From Roseovarius sp. (lineage in GTDB: Bacteria > Pseudomonadota > Alphaproteobacteria > Rhodobacterales > Rhodobacteraceae), in the NCBI RefSeq assembly GCF_027019125.1, contig NZ_JALUXE010000004.1:21785-85784 (forward strand): a stretch of 64,000 bases of DNA. Direction: 5' to 3'. The notes beneath the pieces are model-generated. The model saw nothing but the letters and a program-made list of their open reading frames with translations, ran no database searches and was not told the origin of the DNA. Shown piece by piece: positions 11,737 through 21,105 of this stretch. Both the position numbers and the translations under genes were made by a program. The first letter of the stretch is position 1. The number at the start of each line of letters is the position of its first letter.

Positions 11737-12744
11737 ATGACCAGCCAAAGCCCACGCCCCATCGTCACCGCAGAGGACCCAAAGGTTCTCTTTGAAATCT
11801 TCGTGCAGCGCAAATACTGCGATCTCGAACTGGCCTCGATCATCCACACCCTGCAAATCGCCAACAAGGTGCATGGCGCTGAGCATTTCGGCTGGCGCAT
11901 CATCTCCGACCGTCCCGGCCTCGTGCAAAGCAGCGGTGCCGGGCTCGTGCGGGCCGAGCCGGTCATCCCCGATCACTGCCTCGCGGATTTCCTGATCGTC
12001 ATCGCCTCGAAAACGGCCGATCCGGCCGTCTGGATGGCACGAATCCGCAGCATGCGGCGGCTCGGGCGCTCGGTGATCCTGCTGGCGGATGCCGCGACCA
12101 CCTTCATTTCGCGCACCCAGATCGAAACCGGCGCCGTCACGACCCATTGGGCCGATGCCGTGATCCTGCGCGAGACCCAGGATCAGCCGCGCCTGACCGA
12201 GAACCTGTCGGAGTTTTCCAACGGCATCATCACCGCCGCCGGGCGCGCAGCCACGGCCGAGCTTGTGATCGGGCTCCTGGCCCGCGACCTGCCCGTGTCG
12301 GAAATCACCGAAATCGGCCGTCACCTGCTCTTGCCGGAAATCCGCACCAGTTCCAGCACACAGCCCTTCGCCCCCGAGGCGTTCCACAAATTCTTTGACA
12401 AGGCCGTGTCGGATGCCCTCGCCATCATGGAAGACAACCTGAGCGAGCCGCTCTCCATCGCGGACATCGCCGATGAGGTCGACACCTCGCAGCGCTGCCT
12501 CGAGCGCCGTTTCCGCGCCGTGTTCGAAACCTCGCCGGGGCATTACTACAAACAGTTGCGCGTGCGCCGCGCCCATCACCTGATCCAGAGCACGAAATTG
12601 CCGCTGATCGACATCGCCACCGCCACCGGCTTTGGCTCGACCGGCACGCTCTCCACGGCGTTCAAGAAATTCTACGGCGTGACGCCCTCTGACCTGCGCG
12701 GCAAACACCGCGAGCGCGTGCTCGACTACTCCGCCGAGGTGTGA
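11737..12744 (+). CDS. GlxA-family (DJ-1-like + AraC HTH) transcriptional regulator
   Basis: TTHW, IITAAG and C-terminal AraC HTH (LERRFR...IATATGF...FKKFYGVTPS). Confidence 0.88.
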   Translation: MTSQSPRPIVTAEDPKVLFEIFVQRKYCDLELASIIHTLQIANKVHGAEHFGWRIISDRPGLVQSSGAGLVRAEPVIPDHCLADFLIVIASKTADPAVWMARIRSMRRLGRSVILLADAATTFISRTQIETGAVTTHWADAVILRETQDQPRLTENLSEFSNGIITAAGRAATAELVIGLLARDLPVSEITEIGRHLLLPEIRTSSSTQPFAPEAFHKFFDKAVSDALAIMEDNLSEPLSIADIADEVDTSQRCLERRFRAVFETSPGHYYKQLRVRRAHHLIQSTKLPLIDIATATGFGSTGTLSTAFKKFYGVTPSDLRGKHRERVLDYSAEV

Positions 12745-13790
12745 ACCCGCACCGCGTCGGCCACCACCTGCGCCGCCGCCGCCCAATCGCCCAAGCCCGC
12801 CGCCGCCTGCCGCGCCGCCAAGGCGCAGCCTGCCCGCAACGCAGGCTCGTTCAGCATCCGCCGCAGCGCCTCGCCAAAGGCCGCGTCATCCTCGGGCGGC
12901 ACCAGAATGCCCGCGCCGGGGGCCACCGTCTCTGGCACCGCCCCCGCCTGCGTGCTGATGATCGGCAGCCCATGGCCCATCGCCTCGTCAAACACGATGC
13001 CATAGCCCTCGTAACGCGTCGCCAGCGCAAAGAGCGTGGCGCGCCCATACAGCGCCTCCAGCGCCGTCTGCGTAATCTCCCCCGCGATCTCGACCCGGTC
13101 CCACAACCCCAGATCGGCCCGCAGCGCGCGCAACGCCGCCACTGTCCCGGGCTCGTGCAAGCGCCCGACAATCACCGCCCGCCAATCCAGATCGGTGATC
13201 CGCGCCAAGGCCCGCAAGAGCACGTCATGCCCCTTGCGCCGCGCCAAGAGCCCCACCGACAGGATCAGCGGTGGCACCTCCGGCACCGGGCGCAGGTTCG
13301 GGGCCACAAACCCCGGCCGCGCCACGCTGATCCGTTCCGGTGCCACACCATAAGTCTCTTGCAAGAGGCCCGCGATATGCCCGCTCGTCACCACGATATG
13401 CCGCGCCCGGCTCAGGTTGGCCCGCTCCCGCGCGGCCATGGCCTGCGCCTGTGGCGCGCTCAGCCCCGGTTCCAGCGCGAGGGGATGATGCACCAGCGCC
13501 ACCATCGGGGCCGCCAGACGCGCCACCCCGTCCGGGTCGAGCGCGCCATAGGCCAGCCCGTCCACCAGGGCCGGACAGTCGCGCGGCAACGCACCCAGTT
13601 GCGCCAGCGCATCCGCCATGTCGCGCGCATCGGGATGCGGAAAACTGTCCCCCAACCGCAGATGCCGCAGCCTGATACCCCGCGCCACCAATGCCTCCGC
13701 CAACCGCCGGTCGTAGAGGTATCCCCCCGTCGTCAGCTCCGGATCACCCGGCACGGCAAAGGCCAACGCGCGCCCCGCCTCACGCGCCAT
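12726..13790 (-). CDS. Glycosyltransferase family 4
   Basis: TTGGYLYD, HHPL, EGYGIVFDEAMGHGLP (EX7E motif). Confidence 0.92.
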   Translation of the reverse strand: MAREAGRALAFAVPGDPELTTGGYLYDRRLAEALVARGIRLRHLRLGDSFPHPDARDMADALAQLGALPRDCPALVDGLAYGALDPDGVARLAAPMVALVHHPLALEPGLSAPQAQAMAARERANLSRARHIVVTSGHIAGLLQETYGVAPERISVARPGFVAPNLRPVPEVPPLILSVGLLARRKGHDVLLRALARITDLDWRAVIVGRLHEPGTVAALRALRADLGLWDRVEIAGEITQTALEALYGRATLFALATRYEGYGIVFDEAMGHGLPIISTQAGAVPETVAPGAGILVPPEDDAAFGEALRRMLNEPALRAGCALAARQAAAGLGDWAAAAQVVADAVRVHTSAE

Positions 13791-14745
13791 AGCGCACCCG
13801 ATGGCAGAGGGTGTCCGCCGCGGCCAGGATCGCCGGGTAGTCGCGCGGCAGATCGTCAAACCGGGTCTCGCCCGAAATCAACCGATCCAGCACCGGATCG
13901 GCCAAGAGCCGCAGCGCCACCTCCATCCGCCGCCGATAATCCCAGCGTGCCGCATGGCTGGCCGGGATACGCCCCACCTGGGACGAGATGATCTGCAACC
14001 GCCGCTGGTGAAACGCACCACCAAGGGCAACCCCGATCTCGCCGCTGCCATACCAGCTGGCCTCGACCACCCGCGCCTCGACCCCCGCAATCCTGATCGC
14101 CGTGCCAAGCCCTGCGGGGCTGGCCGTGGCATGGATCACCACATCCGCATCGCCCTGCGCCGCCTCAGGCTGCGCAAACCGACACCCGAACGCTTCGGCC
14201 AGCGCAGCCCGCGCCCCGTCGCGGTCAATCAAGGTGACATCCGTTCCCGGCACCCGCGCCGCAAGATAGCCCACGAGCGCCCCCACCGTGCCCGCGCCGA
14301 TCACCGCCACCCGGTCGCCAGGTGCCACCTGCGCATCCCACAGGATATTGAGCGCGGTTTCCATATTGGCCGCCAGCACCGCCCGCGCAGGCGGCACGCA
14401 ATCCGGCACCGGCACCGCCATTTGCGCGGGGCAGGCAAAGCATGTCTGATGCGGGTGCAGCACAAAGACCACCTGCCCCGCCCGATCCCCCGTGCTCACG
14501 CGCCCCACGGCGCAATAGCCGTATTTGACCGGCGCGGGAAACGCGCCCTCCTGCAATGGGGCGCGCATCGTGGCGTGCTCGCTCTCGGGCACCCGGCCCT
14601 CGAAAACCAGCCGCTCGGTGCCCCGGCTGATCCCGGTGTAGAGCGTGTCGACCACGACATCGTCCGGCCCCGGCTCTACCGCCACGGGGCGCAGCTCCAC
14701 CTGCCCCGGCGCCACGATCCAGAGCGCGCGCGCCGCTTGCGCCAT
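13780..14745 (-). CDS. MDR-family (zinc-binding ADH-like) dehydrogenase
   Basis: GISRGTE, KYGY, LHPHQ, Rossmann motif GAGTVG. Confidence 0.88.
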   Translation of the reverse strand: MAQAARALWIVAPGQVELRPVAVEPGPDDVVVDTLYTGISRGTERLVFEGRVPESEHATMRAPLQEGAFPAPVKYGYCAVGRVSTGDRAGQVVFVLHPHQTCFACPAQMAVPVPDCVPPARAVLAANMETALNILWDAQVAPGDRVAVIGAGTVGALVGYLAARVPGTDVTLIDRDGARAALAEAFGCRFAQPEAAQGDADVVIHATASPAGLGTAIRIAGVEARVVEASWYGSGEIGVALGGAFHQRRLQIISSQVGRIPASHAARWDYRRRMEVALRLLADPVLDRLISGETRFDDLPRDYPAILAAADTLCHRVRYGA

Positions 14746-14750
14746 GCCCC

Positions 14751-15569
14751 TCACCCCAGCCGCGCGGCCGGCTGGCGCGCATGCGGCCAGACCTCCGCCG
14801 CCACCCGCGCGCCCATCACGCAATCAAAGAGCACGTCCGAACCAAGTCCGTAAACCTGCGTTTCGGGCCGCCGCGCCTGCGCCAGCCGCGCCACGGGGCG
14901 CGTGGTCAGGCCCTGCGGCCCCGCCCCGATCAAGAGCGGCGCCACCGCCACATGCAGCCGCGCCAGCATATCCGCTTCTATGAAACGCGCGATCGTGATG
15001 GCCCCGCCCTCCACCATCAGATGATGCAGCCCCAGTTTGCGCAGGGCGCTGACAATGGCAGGGGGCGAAATCCAGTCCTTGCGCGGCAGGCGGATGATCT
15101 CGACACCCTCGGGGCGCGGCTTGTCCACCTCCTGAATGACGATCCGACGCGTGCCGTCCTCTGCGAACAAACGCGCGTCATTCGGCAACCGCCCCGAGGG
15201 ATCAATCACCACCCGCGCCGGATTCTGCCCCGGCACCAGACGTACGGTCAGGCGCGGGTCGTCGTGCAGGGCGGTCTTGACGCCCACGATCACCGCATCG
15301 ACCAGCGCGCGCATCCGGTGCAGATGCGCCAGCCCGTCCGGGCCTGACACATCCGCCGCATCGCCCGTGACGGTGGCCACCCGCCCGTCCAGCGATTGCC
15401 CGATCTGCGCCACGACCTGCGGCGTGCCGGGCGCGGCCAGCATCGACCCATAGAGCGCCATCGCCGCGCGCTCGCCCGTCGCCCACTCCCCGCAACACAG
15501 GCACGCCCGCCCCGCGCGCGCCGCAAGAATATGCTCCCAGACCTTGGGGGTGACTTCAGCACTCTGCAT
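14751..15569 (-). CDS. RibD C-terminal reductase-domain protein
   Basis: GQSLDGRVAT, LHRMRALVDAVIVGVKT, DDPRLTVR, MVEGG; no deaminase domain. Confidence 0.9.
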   Translation of the reverse strand: MQSAEVTPKVWEHILAARAGRACLCCGEWATGERAAMALYGSMLAAPGTPQVVAQIGQSLDGRVATVTGDAADVSGPDGLAHLHRMRALVDAVIVGVKTALHDDPRLTVRLVPGQNPARVVIDPSGRLPNDARLFAEDGTRRIVIQEVDKPRPEGVEIIRLPRKDWISPPAIVSALRKLGLHHLMVEGGAITIARFIEADMLARLHVAVAPLLIGAGPQGLTTRPVARLAQARRPETQVYGLGSDVLFDCVMGARVAAEVWPHARQPAARLG

Positions 15570-15676
15570 CCGGGTCTCCGTTTCGCGTTGCGTATCGGTT
15601 GATCGTCAGGGTTGCGCAGGCCAAGGCGGGTCGCGTTATGGTCTGCATAGCAGAGATAGACGGGTTTTCAAAAATG

Positions 15677-16456
15677 TCATGCCCGTCGGCCATCCCCCGG
15701 CGGCACCGCCAATAGGTCGAGATGGCCGATTTCCGCCCATCCCCCGGCAAGCGCCCGCAGGCGCCGCGCCTGCCAGCCCTCTGCCCCGGTGTATCCCGCC
15801 TCGCCCGCCGCCTGCGCAATCCCCGCGAGCAGCAGGCTCTGCATCTCCGCCACCTCCGGCCCCAACCGCCATGGGCTTGGCGCGAGATGCACCTCGTAAC
15901 CCAGCGACGCGAATATCCCGGCAGCGGTCTCTGCCGCCTCCGGGCCAAGGGCCGCGCCAAAGCCCTTGTCGCCCCGCTGATGCGCGTTGAACTGCGCGGT
16001 GATCGCCGCATCCTCCGCATCCTCGGGCGACCAGCGCATCACGCCGTCATAGCTGAGCGCGGCATAGAGCGCCGCGCCTTGCGCCGCCAACCGCGCCGCC
16101 AATGCCGCGACCCAGTCCCGCGACACGAGGTCAAAGAGCGCCGAGGCCGTCACCAGCCGCACACCCCCAAGCGGCAGGGCGTCGATCTCCGCCAGATCCC
16201 CCTGACAGATTTTCGCCTCCGGATGCAGCACCGCCGCCCGCGCCAGCAGGTCCGCGTCATTGTCGAAAAGACGCCACCCCGCGCCCGAGGCCCCGACATC
16301 CTCAAAGGCGCGCAAGGTCGATCCGGTGCCGCACCCAAGGTCGAGCACGCAGCCCCCCGGCCCAGCCAGCGCCACGGCGCGGCGCAAGAGCGACGCATCC
16401 CGCGCCACCCCGTCCGCCGGTTCCCGCAGCGCCAGCCATCGGGGGTCAAACCCCAT
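15677..16456 (-). CDS. Class I SAM-dependent methyltransferase
   Basis: WLALREPAD, VLDLGCGTGS, TASALFD. Confidence 0.88.
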   Translation of the reverse strand: MGFDPRWLALREPADGVARDASLLRRAVALAGPGGCVLDLGCGTGSTLRAFEDVGASGAGWRLFDNDADLLARAAVLHPEAKICQGDLAEIDALPLGGVRLVTASALFDLVSRDWVAALAARLAAQGAALYAALSYDGVMRWSPEDAEDAAITAQFNAHQRGDKGFGAALGPEAAETAAGIFASLGYEVHLAPSPWRLGPEVAEMQSLLLAGIAQAAGEAGYTGAEGWQARRLRALAGGWAEIGHLDLLAVPPGDGRRA

Positions 16457-16457
16457 C

Positions 16458-16853
16458 TCAGATGTCCGCCTCGTACCAGCCGCGCGCCACATGGCTTTCG
16501 TGCAGCATCACCCGGATACGGGCCAATCGCCCCGCATCGCCCAGACCCTCGGCGCGGGCAATGTCGCGCAGCCCGGTCCAGATGTGATGGCACAGGAATT
16601 CCGTTGTGGTGAACTTGCCCTTGAACTCGGGCTTGTCGTCCAGATTGCCATAGCGCAACGGTGCCAGCACCCGCGCCAGCGCCTCCGACGCAAGGCCGAT
16701 GTCCACCACCAGCCCATGCGCATCAATATCCTCGGTGTAGAATGCGGCATCGACCACGAATGTCGCCCCATGCACCCCCTGCGCGGGGCCAAAGACGGGA
16801 TCGGGCAGGGAATGGGCGATCATGATGTGATCGCGAACTTCGACGGCAAACAT
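16458..16853 (-). CDS. 6-pyruvoyl-tetrahydropterin synthase/QueD-fold protein (COG0720), non-canonical type
   Basis: 131 aa at the end of the 833-aa track ORF: MFAVEVRDHIMIAHSL..FGPAQGVHGATF...TTTEFLC...LHES. Confidence 0.88.
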   Translation of the reverse strand: MFAVEVRDHIMIAHSLPDPVFGPAQGVHGATFVVDAAFYTEDIDAHGLVVDIGLASEALARVLAPLRYGNLDDKPEFKGKFTTTEFLCHHIWTGLRDIARAEGLGDAGRLARIRVMLHESHVARGWYEADI

Positions 16854-16985
16854 GGGGCTTTCCTTCCTTGCATGGCAGGCGAGACGTAACACGCGCTCCG
16901 ATTGCGTCAAGCCTCGGGATCGCATCGGCAAAACCCCGCGCGCGCACAATAATTTCATTGGACCTGCGCCAGCATCGCCATAACT

Positions 16986-18806
16986 GTGGCACACAATCAG
17001 CGCGAGAGACCCATCGTGACAGAGTTGACCCCGAACCGACCGACCGCGCCTGCCGTGACGCCGATTGCGCCGCATCTGCGGCGTGCGCCCGCGCTGGCCA
17101 CCCGCCGCCGCATCGTGCTGGCGCTCAACGTGGTCACGGTCGCAGCACTCTTTGCCGCGATGTTCGCGCTCTTTCTGCCGCTCGGCATTACATGGGCCGA
17201 AGGTGCGATGCTCACGGCCTTCCTTCTGACCCTGCCCTGGCTTTCCATCGGTCTGTGGAACAGCATCCTTGGCCTCGCGCTCGACCTGCGCCATGGCGCG
17301 GCGGCCGCGGCTCATGTCACCCCGGCGCTTGCCCGCATCCGCGGCGACGAGCCGATCACGGCCCGGGTCGCCGTGGTCATGCCGCTGCGCAACGAAGACC
17401 CGGACGCCTCCATCGCCCGCCTGCGCCGCCTGGAAGAGGAAATCGCCCGCAGCCCCTATGCGGGGCGCTTTTCCTACCATGTGCTCAGCGATACCGATGA
17501 CGCCCGCGTCGCCCTCAAGGAAGAGGCGCGCATCGCGCAATGGCGTGCCGCACGGCCCATGGCGGCCATCTATTACCGCCGCCGCACCGACAACACCGGC
17601 TACAAGGCCGGCAATATCGCGGAATTCCTGCATGGTCCGCAAGGCGAGAGCGACCTTTTCCTGCCGCTCGACGCCGATAGCGAAATGGGGGCCGAAACCG
17701 TCTTTCGCCTGATCCGCGTGATGCAGGCCAGCCCCGAAATCGGCATGTTGCAAAGCCTCGTGACCGGCCTGCCCGCCCGCAGCTTCTTTACCCGCGCCTT
17801 TCAGTTCGGCATGCGCCACGGCATGCGCTCCTATACGCTTGGTTCCGCATGGTGGCAGGGCGATTGCGGCCCCAACTGGGGGCATAACATCGTGATCCGC
17901 ACCGCCCCCTTCCGCGACCATTGCATGTTGCCGGTGCTCGCCGGGCGCGGGCCGCTTTCGGGCGCGATCCTCAGCCATGATCAGGTCGAGGCGGTGCTCA
18001 TGCGCCGCGCCGGATACGAGGTGCGCGTTCTGGCCGAGGAATCCGAAAGCTACGAGGAAAATCCCCCCAGCCTGGTCGATTTCATCCGCCGCGAACTCCG
18101 CTGGATGAATGGCAACCTGCAGTATTTCAAACTGCTGTCCATGCCCGGCCTCAAACCCGTGAGCCGCCTGCAACTGGTGCTGGCAATCCTCATGTATATC
18201 AGCTCTCCCGCGTGGATTGCCTTCATCCTGATCGGCGCGGCCTTGGCTGGCACCGTCGACCAGATCAACGCCATTCCCGCCGCTGCCGGTCTCGCCCTCT
18301 TTGCCGTGCTGATGACGCTCAGCCTCAGCCCCAAACTCATGGGGCTGGCGCAAGTGCTGGCCTCGCCCGCGCGCTCGGCGGCCTATGGCGGGCGCGCCCG
18401 CGTGCTGGCGGGCGGGCTGGTCGAGATTGTCTTTTCGATGCTCACCTCGCCGGTCGTGGCGGTCGCGCTCACGCAATTCGCCATCGGTCTGATCTTTGGC
18501 CAGCGCATCGGCTGGAGCGCGCAACAACGCTCGCGCGAGCGCCTCGAATGGCATGAGGCCGCGCGCGTGCTCTGGCCGCAAACCCTGCTGGGCGCGGGGC
18601 TTTGCCTCTGGTTCTGGGTTCAGGCCCCTTGGGCGCTGATCTTTGGCGCGCCGGTGCTGCTGGCGCTGACCCTGTCCATTCCGGTGGCGGTGCTCACCAC
18701 CCTGCCCCGCCTCAGCCGCTGGTCGCAATCCACCGGCCTTTTCGACATCCCCGAGGATCGCCGCCCCGCGCGGCATGACCAGACCATCCACGCCAACACC
18801 GCCTGA
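16986..18806 (+). CDS. opgH: Glucans biosynthesis glucosyltransferase OpgH/MdoH-like (GT2)
   Basis: PLRNED, KAGNIAEF, LDADS, WGHN, SHDQVEA, RELRWMNGNLQ; multiple TM segments. Confidence 0.9.
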   Translation: MAHNQRERPIVTELTPNRPTAPAVTPIAPHLRRAPALATRRRIVLALNVVTVAALFAAMFALFLPLGITWAEGAMLTAFLLTLPWLSIGLWNSILGLALDLRHGAAAAAHVTPALARIRGDEPITARVAVVMPLRNEDPDASIARLRRLEEEIARSPYAGRFSYHVLSDTDDARVALKEEARIAQWRAARPMAAIYYRRRTDNTGYKAGNIAEFLHGPQGESDLFLPLDADSEMGAETVFRLIRVMQASPEIGMLQSLVTGLPARSFFTRAFQFGMRHGMRSYTLGSAWWQGDCGPNWGHNIVIRTAPFRDHCMLPVLAGRGPLSGAILSHDQVEAVLMRRAGYEVRVLAEESESYEENPPSLVDFIRRELRWMNGNLQYFKLLSMPGLKPVSRLQLVLAILMYISSPAWIAFILIGAALAGTVDQINAIPAAAGLALFAVLMTLSLSPKLMGLAQVLASPARSAAYGGRARVLAGGLVEIVFSMLTSPVVAVALTQFAIGLIFGQRIGWSAQQRSRERLEWHEAARVLWPQTLLGAGLCLWFWVQAPWALIFGAPVLLALTLSIPVAVLTTLPRLSRWSQSTGLFDIPEDRRPARHDQTIHANTA

Positions 18807-18834
18807 CGCCTGAGCCACACAAGGGAGATACCGC

Positions 18835-19425
18835 ATGACCGCCTTCAGACTGACAGCCCTCGGCGCAACGCTGGCCCTTGGCCTCGCGCCCCCCGCACAG
18901 GCCGAACCCGCGACATGGCAGATCGACCCCGACCATGCGGTCGTGGCCTTTACCATCATGCACGCAGGCTATGCCAAGGTCCTCGGCCGGTTTTCAGACA
19001 TCGAAGGCAGCTTTACCTACGATCCCGACACACAGGACCTGGGCGACGTGACCGCCCGCATCGGCGCGGGCAGCGTCGATACGGATCACGAGAAGCGCGA
19101 CGAGCATGTCCGCTCCACCGACTTTCTCGACGCGGGCGCCCATCCGATGATCACCTTCACCGCCACCGACAGCACCCCCACCTCCGAGACCACCGGCACC
19201 GTCACCGGCGATCTCACGATCCGGGGCGTGACCCAGCCCGTGACCCTCGATGTGACCCTCAACAAACGCGCCGACTACCCCTGTTGCCATGGCAAGGAAA
19301 CGCTCGGCATCTCCGCCACGGCTGAAATCCTGCGCAGCGATTTCGGCAGCACCTATGCCCTGCCCGATTTCGTGGGCGATGCGGTCAGCATCATTCTCGA
19401 ATTCGAGGCGATCCGCGCCGACTGA
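18835..19425 (+). CDS. YceI family periplasmic lipid/polyisoprenoid-binding protein
   Basis: Signal peptide; WQIDPDH, RDEHVRSTDFLD, GDLTIRGVT. Confidence 0.92.
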   Translation: MTAFRLTALGATLALGLAPPAQAEPATWQIDPDHAVVAFTIMHAGYAKVLGRFSDIEGSFTYDPDTQDLGDVTARIGAGSVDTDHEKRDEHVRSTDFLDAGAHPMITFTATDSTPTSETTGTVTGDLTIRGVTQPVTLDVTLNKRADYPCCHGKETLGISATAEILRSDFGSTYALPDFVGDAVSIILEFEAIRAD

Positions 19426-19553
19426 TCACCCGCCGCGCGACCAGCGCGCTCAATCATTTTGTCACAGAGTCCGATTTGAGACCTGCTTTGACCGAATTCG
19501 ATATACCATAGCCGCCCTTTTTCCCCGAAATTGGGGCAAAGGAGTCGGATACA

Positions 19554-20804
19554 ATGCGCTATTCAGGATTCAAGGTCATCAAAGAGGCCCTCACCGGCCA
19601 CCGCGGCTGGGGCCCCGCATGGCGCGATGCCGCGCCGCAATCATCCTATGATTACGTCATCATCGGCGGCGGCGGGCACGGCCTTGCCACGGCCTATTAC
19701 CTGGCCAAGGAATTCAAGCAGGCGCGCATCGCCGTGCTGGAAAAAGGCTGGATCGGCGGCGGCAACGTGGGGCGCAATACCACCATCATCCGCTCCAACT
19801 ACCTGCTCGACGGGAATGAGCCTTTCTATGAATTCTCGCTCAAGCTCTGGGAAGGTCTCGAACAGGACCTCAACTACAACGCCATGGTCAGCCAGCGCGG
19901 GATTCTGAACCTGATCCACACCGACGCGCAGCGCGATGCCTTTACCCGGCGCGGCAATGCGATGATGCTGAACGGCGCGGATGCCGAACTCATGACCACG
20001 GCGCAGATCGTCGCGCGCTATCCGTTTCTCAACGTGAATGACGCGCGCTTCCCGATCAAGGGCGGCCTCGCCCAGCATCGCGGCGGCACCGTGCGCCATG
20101 ATGCGGTCGCCTGGGGCTATGCCCGCGCCGCCGACCAGCGCGGCGTCGACATCATCCAGAATTGCGAAGTCACCGGCTTCCGCATCGAGAACGGCACATG
20201 CCTCGGGGTCGAAACCTCGCGCGGCTTCATCGGCGCGAAAAAGGTCGGCGCCTGCGTCGCAGGCTCGTCCTCGCGGCTCATGTCGCATGCGGGCATGCGC
20301 CTTCCGATCGAGAGCCACGTGTTGCAGGCCTTCGTGTCCGAGGGTCTCAAACCCGTCCTGCCGGGTGTCATCACCTTTGGCGCCGGTCATTTCTATTGCA
20401 GCCAGTCCGACAAGGGCGGGCTTGTGTTCGGCGGTGACATCGACGGCTACAATTCCTACGCCCAACGCGGCAACCTGCCCGTGGTCGAGGATGTCTGCGA
20501 AGGCGGCATGGCGATTTTCCCGATGATCGGGCGCGCGCGCCTCCTGCGCATGTGGGGCGGCATCATGGACATGAGCATGGACGGCTCGCCCATCATCGAC
20601 CGCACCCATATCGGCGGCCTCTATTTCAACGGCGGCTGGTGCTATGGCGGGTTCAAGGCCACGCCCGCGTCAGGCTTTGTCTACGCGCATCTGCTGGCCA
20701 CCGACACCCCCCATCCCACCGCCACCGCCTATCGTTTCGATCGCTTCGCCAAGGGGCTGATGATCGACGAAAAGGGCATGGGCAACCAGCCCAACCTGCA
20801 TTGA
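19554..20804 (+). CDS. soxB: Heterotetrameric sarcosine oxidase-family subunit beta
   Basis: GGGGHG FAD motif, GRNTTIIRSNY, RHDAVAW, GNQPNLH end. Confidence 0.95.
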   Translation: MRYSGFKVIKEALTGHRGWGPAWRDAAPQSSYDYVIIGGGGHGLATAYYLAKEFKQARIAVLEKGWIGGGNVGRNTTIIRSNYLLDGNEPFYEFSLKLWEGLEQDLNYNAMVSQRGILNLIHTDAQRDAFTRRGNAMMLNGADAELMTTAQIVARYPFLNVNDARFPIKGGLAQHRGGTVRHDAVAWGYARAADQRGVDIIQNCEVTGFRIENGTCLGVETSRGFIGAKKVGACVAGSSSRLMSHAGMRLPIESHVLQAFVSEGLKPVLPGVITFGAGHFYCSQSDKGGLVFGGDIDGYNSYAQRGNLPVVEDVCEGGMAIFPMIGRARLLRMWGGIMDMSMDGSPIIDRTHIGGLYFNGGWCYGGFKATPASGFVYAHLLATDTPHPTATAYRFDRFAKGLMIDEKGMGNQPNLH

Positions 20805-20817
20805 GGGAGCGCGCACC

Positions 20818-21105
20818 ATGCTGATCAATCACCCCCTCCTTGGCCCCCGCGACGCCAGCGAATTCGTCTACAAGGGCGACGCCGCCCTCATCAACCGGCC
20901 CGACCCCGACGCGCCCGACGCGTTGGAGCAGTTCATCGACTACGGCTATCTGCGCGACAACCCCGCCGGTGCCCATCGGGAACTATGGTTCCACGAACAG
21001 GGCGACCGAAGCTGGCTTGTCGTCACCCGCAACACACTCACCCATGAAATCACTTCGGTGGAATTGGCCCGTGACGTGGCCCGCCGCGAAGGACGCTCCA
21101 AATGA
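20818..21105 (+). CDS. soxD: Sarcosine oxidase-family subunit delta (Cys-free variant)
   Basis: GPRD.SEF, YLRDNPAG, ELW.H, RNTLTHEI; position in the operon. Confidence 0.92.
   Translation: MLINHPLLGPRDASEFVYKGDAALINRPDPDAPDALEQFIDYGYLRDNPAGAHRELWFHEQGDRSWLVVTRNTLTHEITSVELARDVARREGRSK

Noticed and set aside
16458-18959. 833-aa minus-strand ORF that looks like a large PTPS fusion
   Set aside because: Only the last 131 aa (from ATG 16853) are a real protein; the rest is the antisense shadow of opgH.
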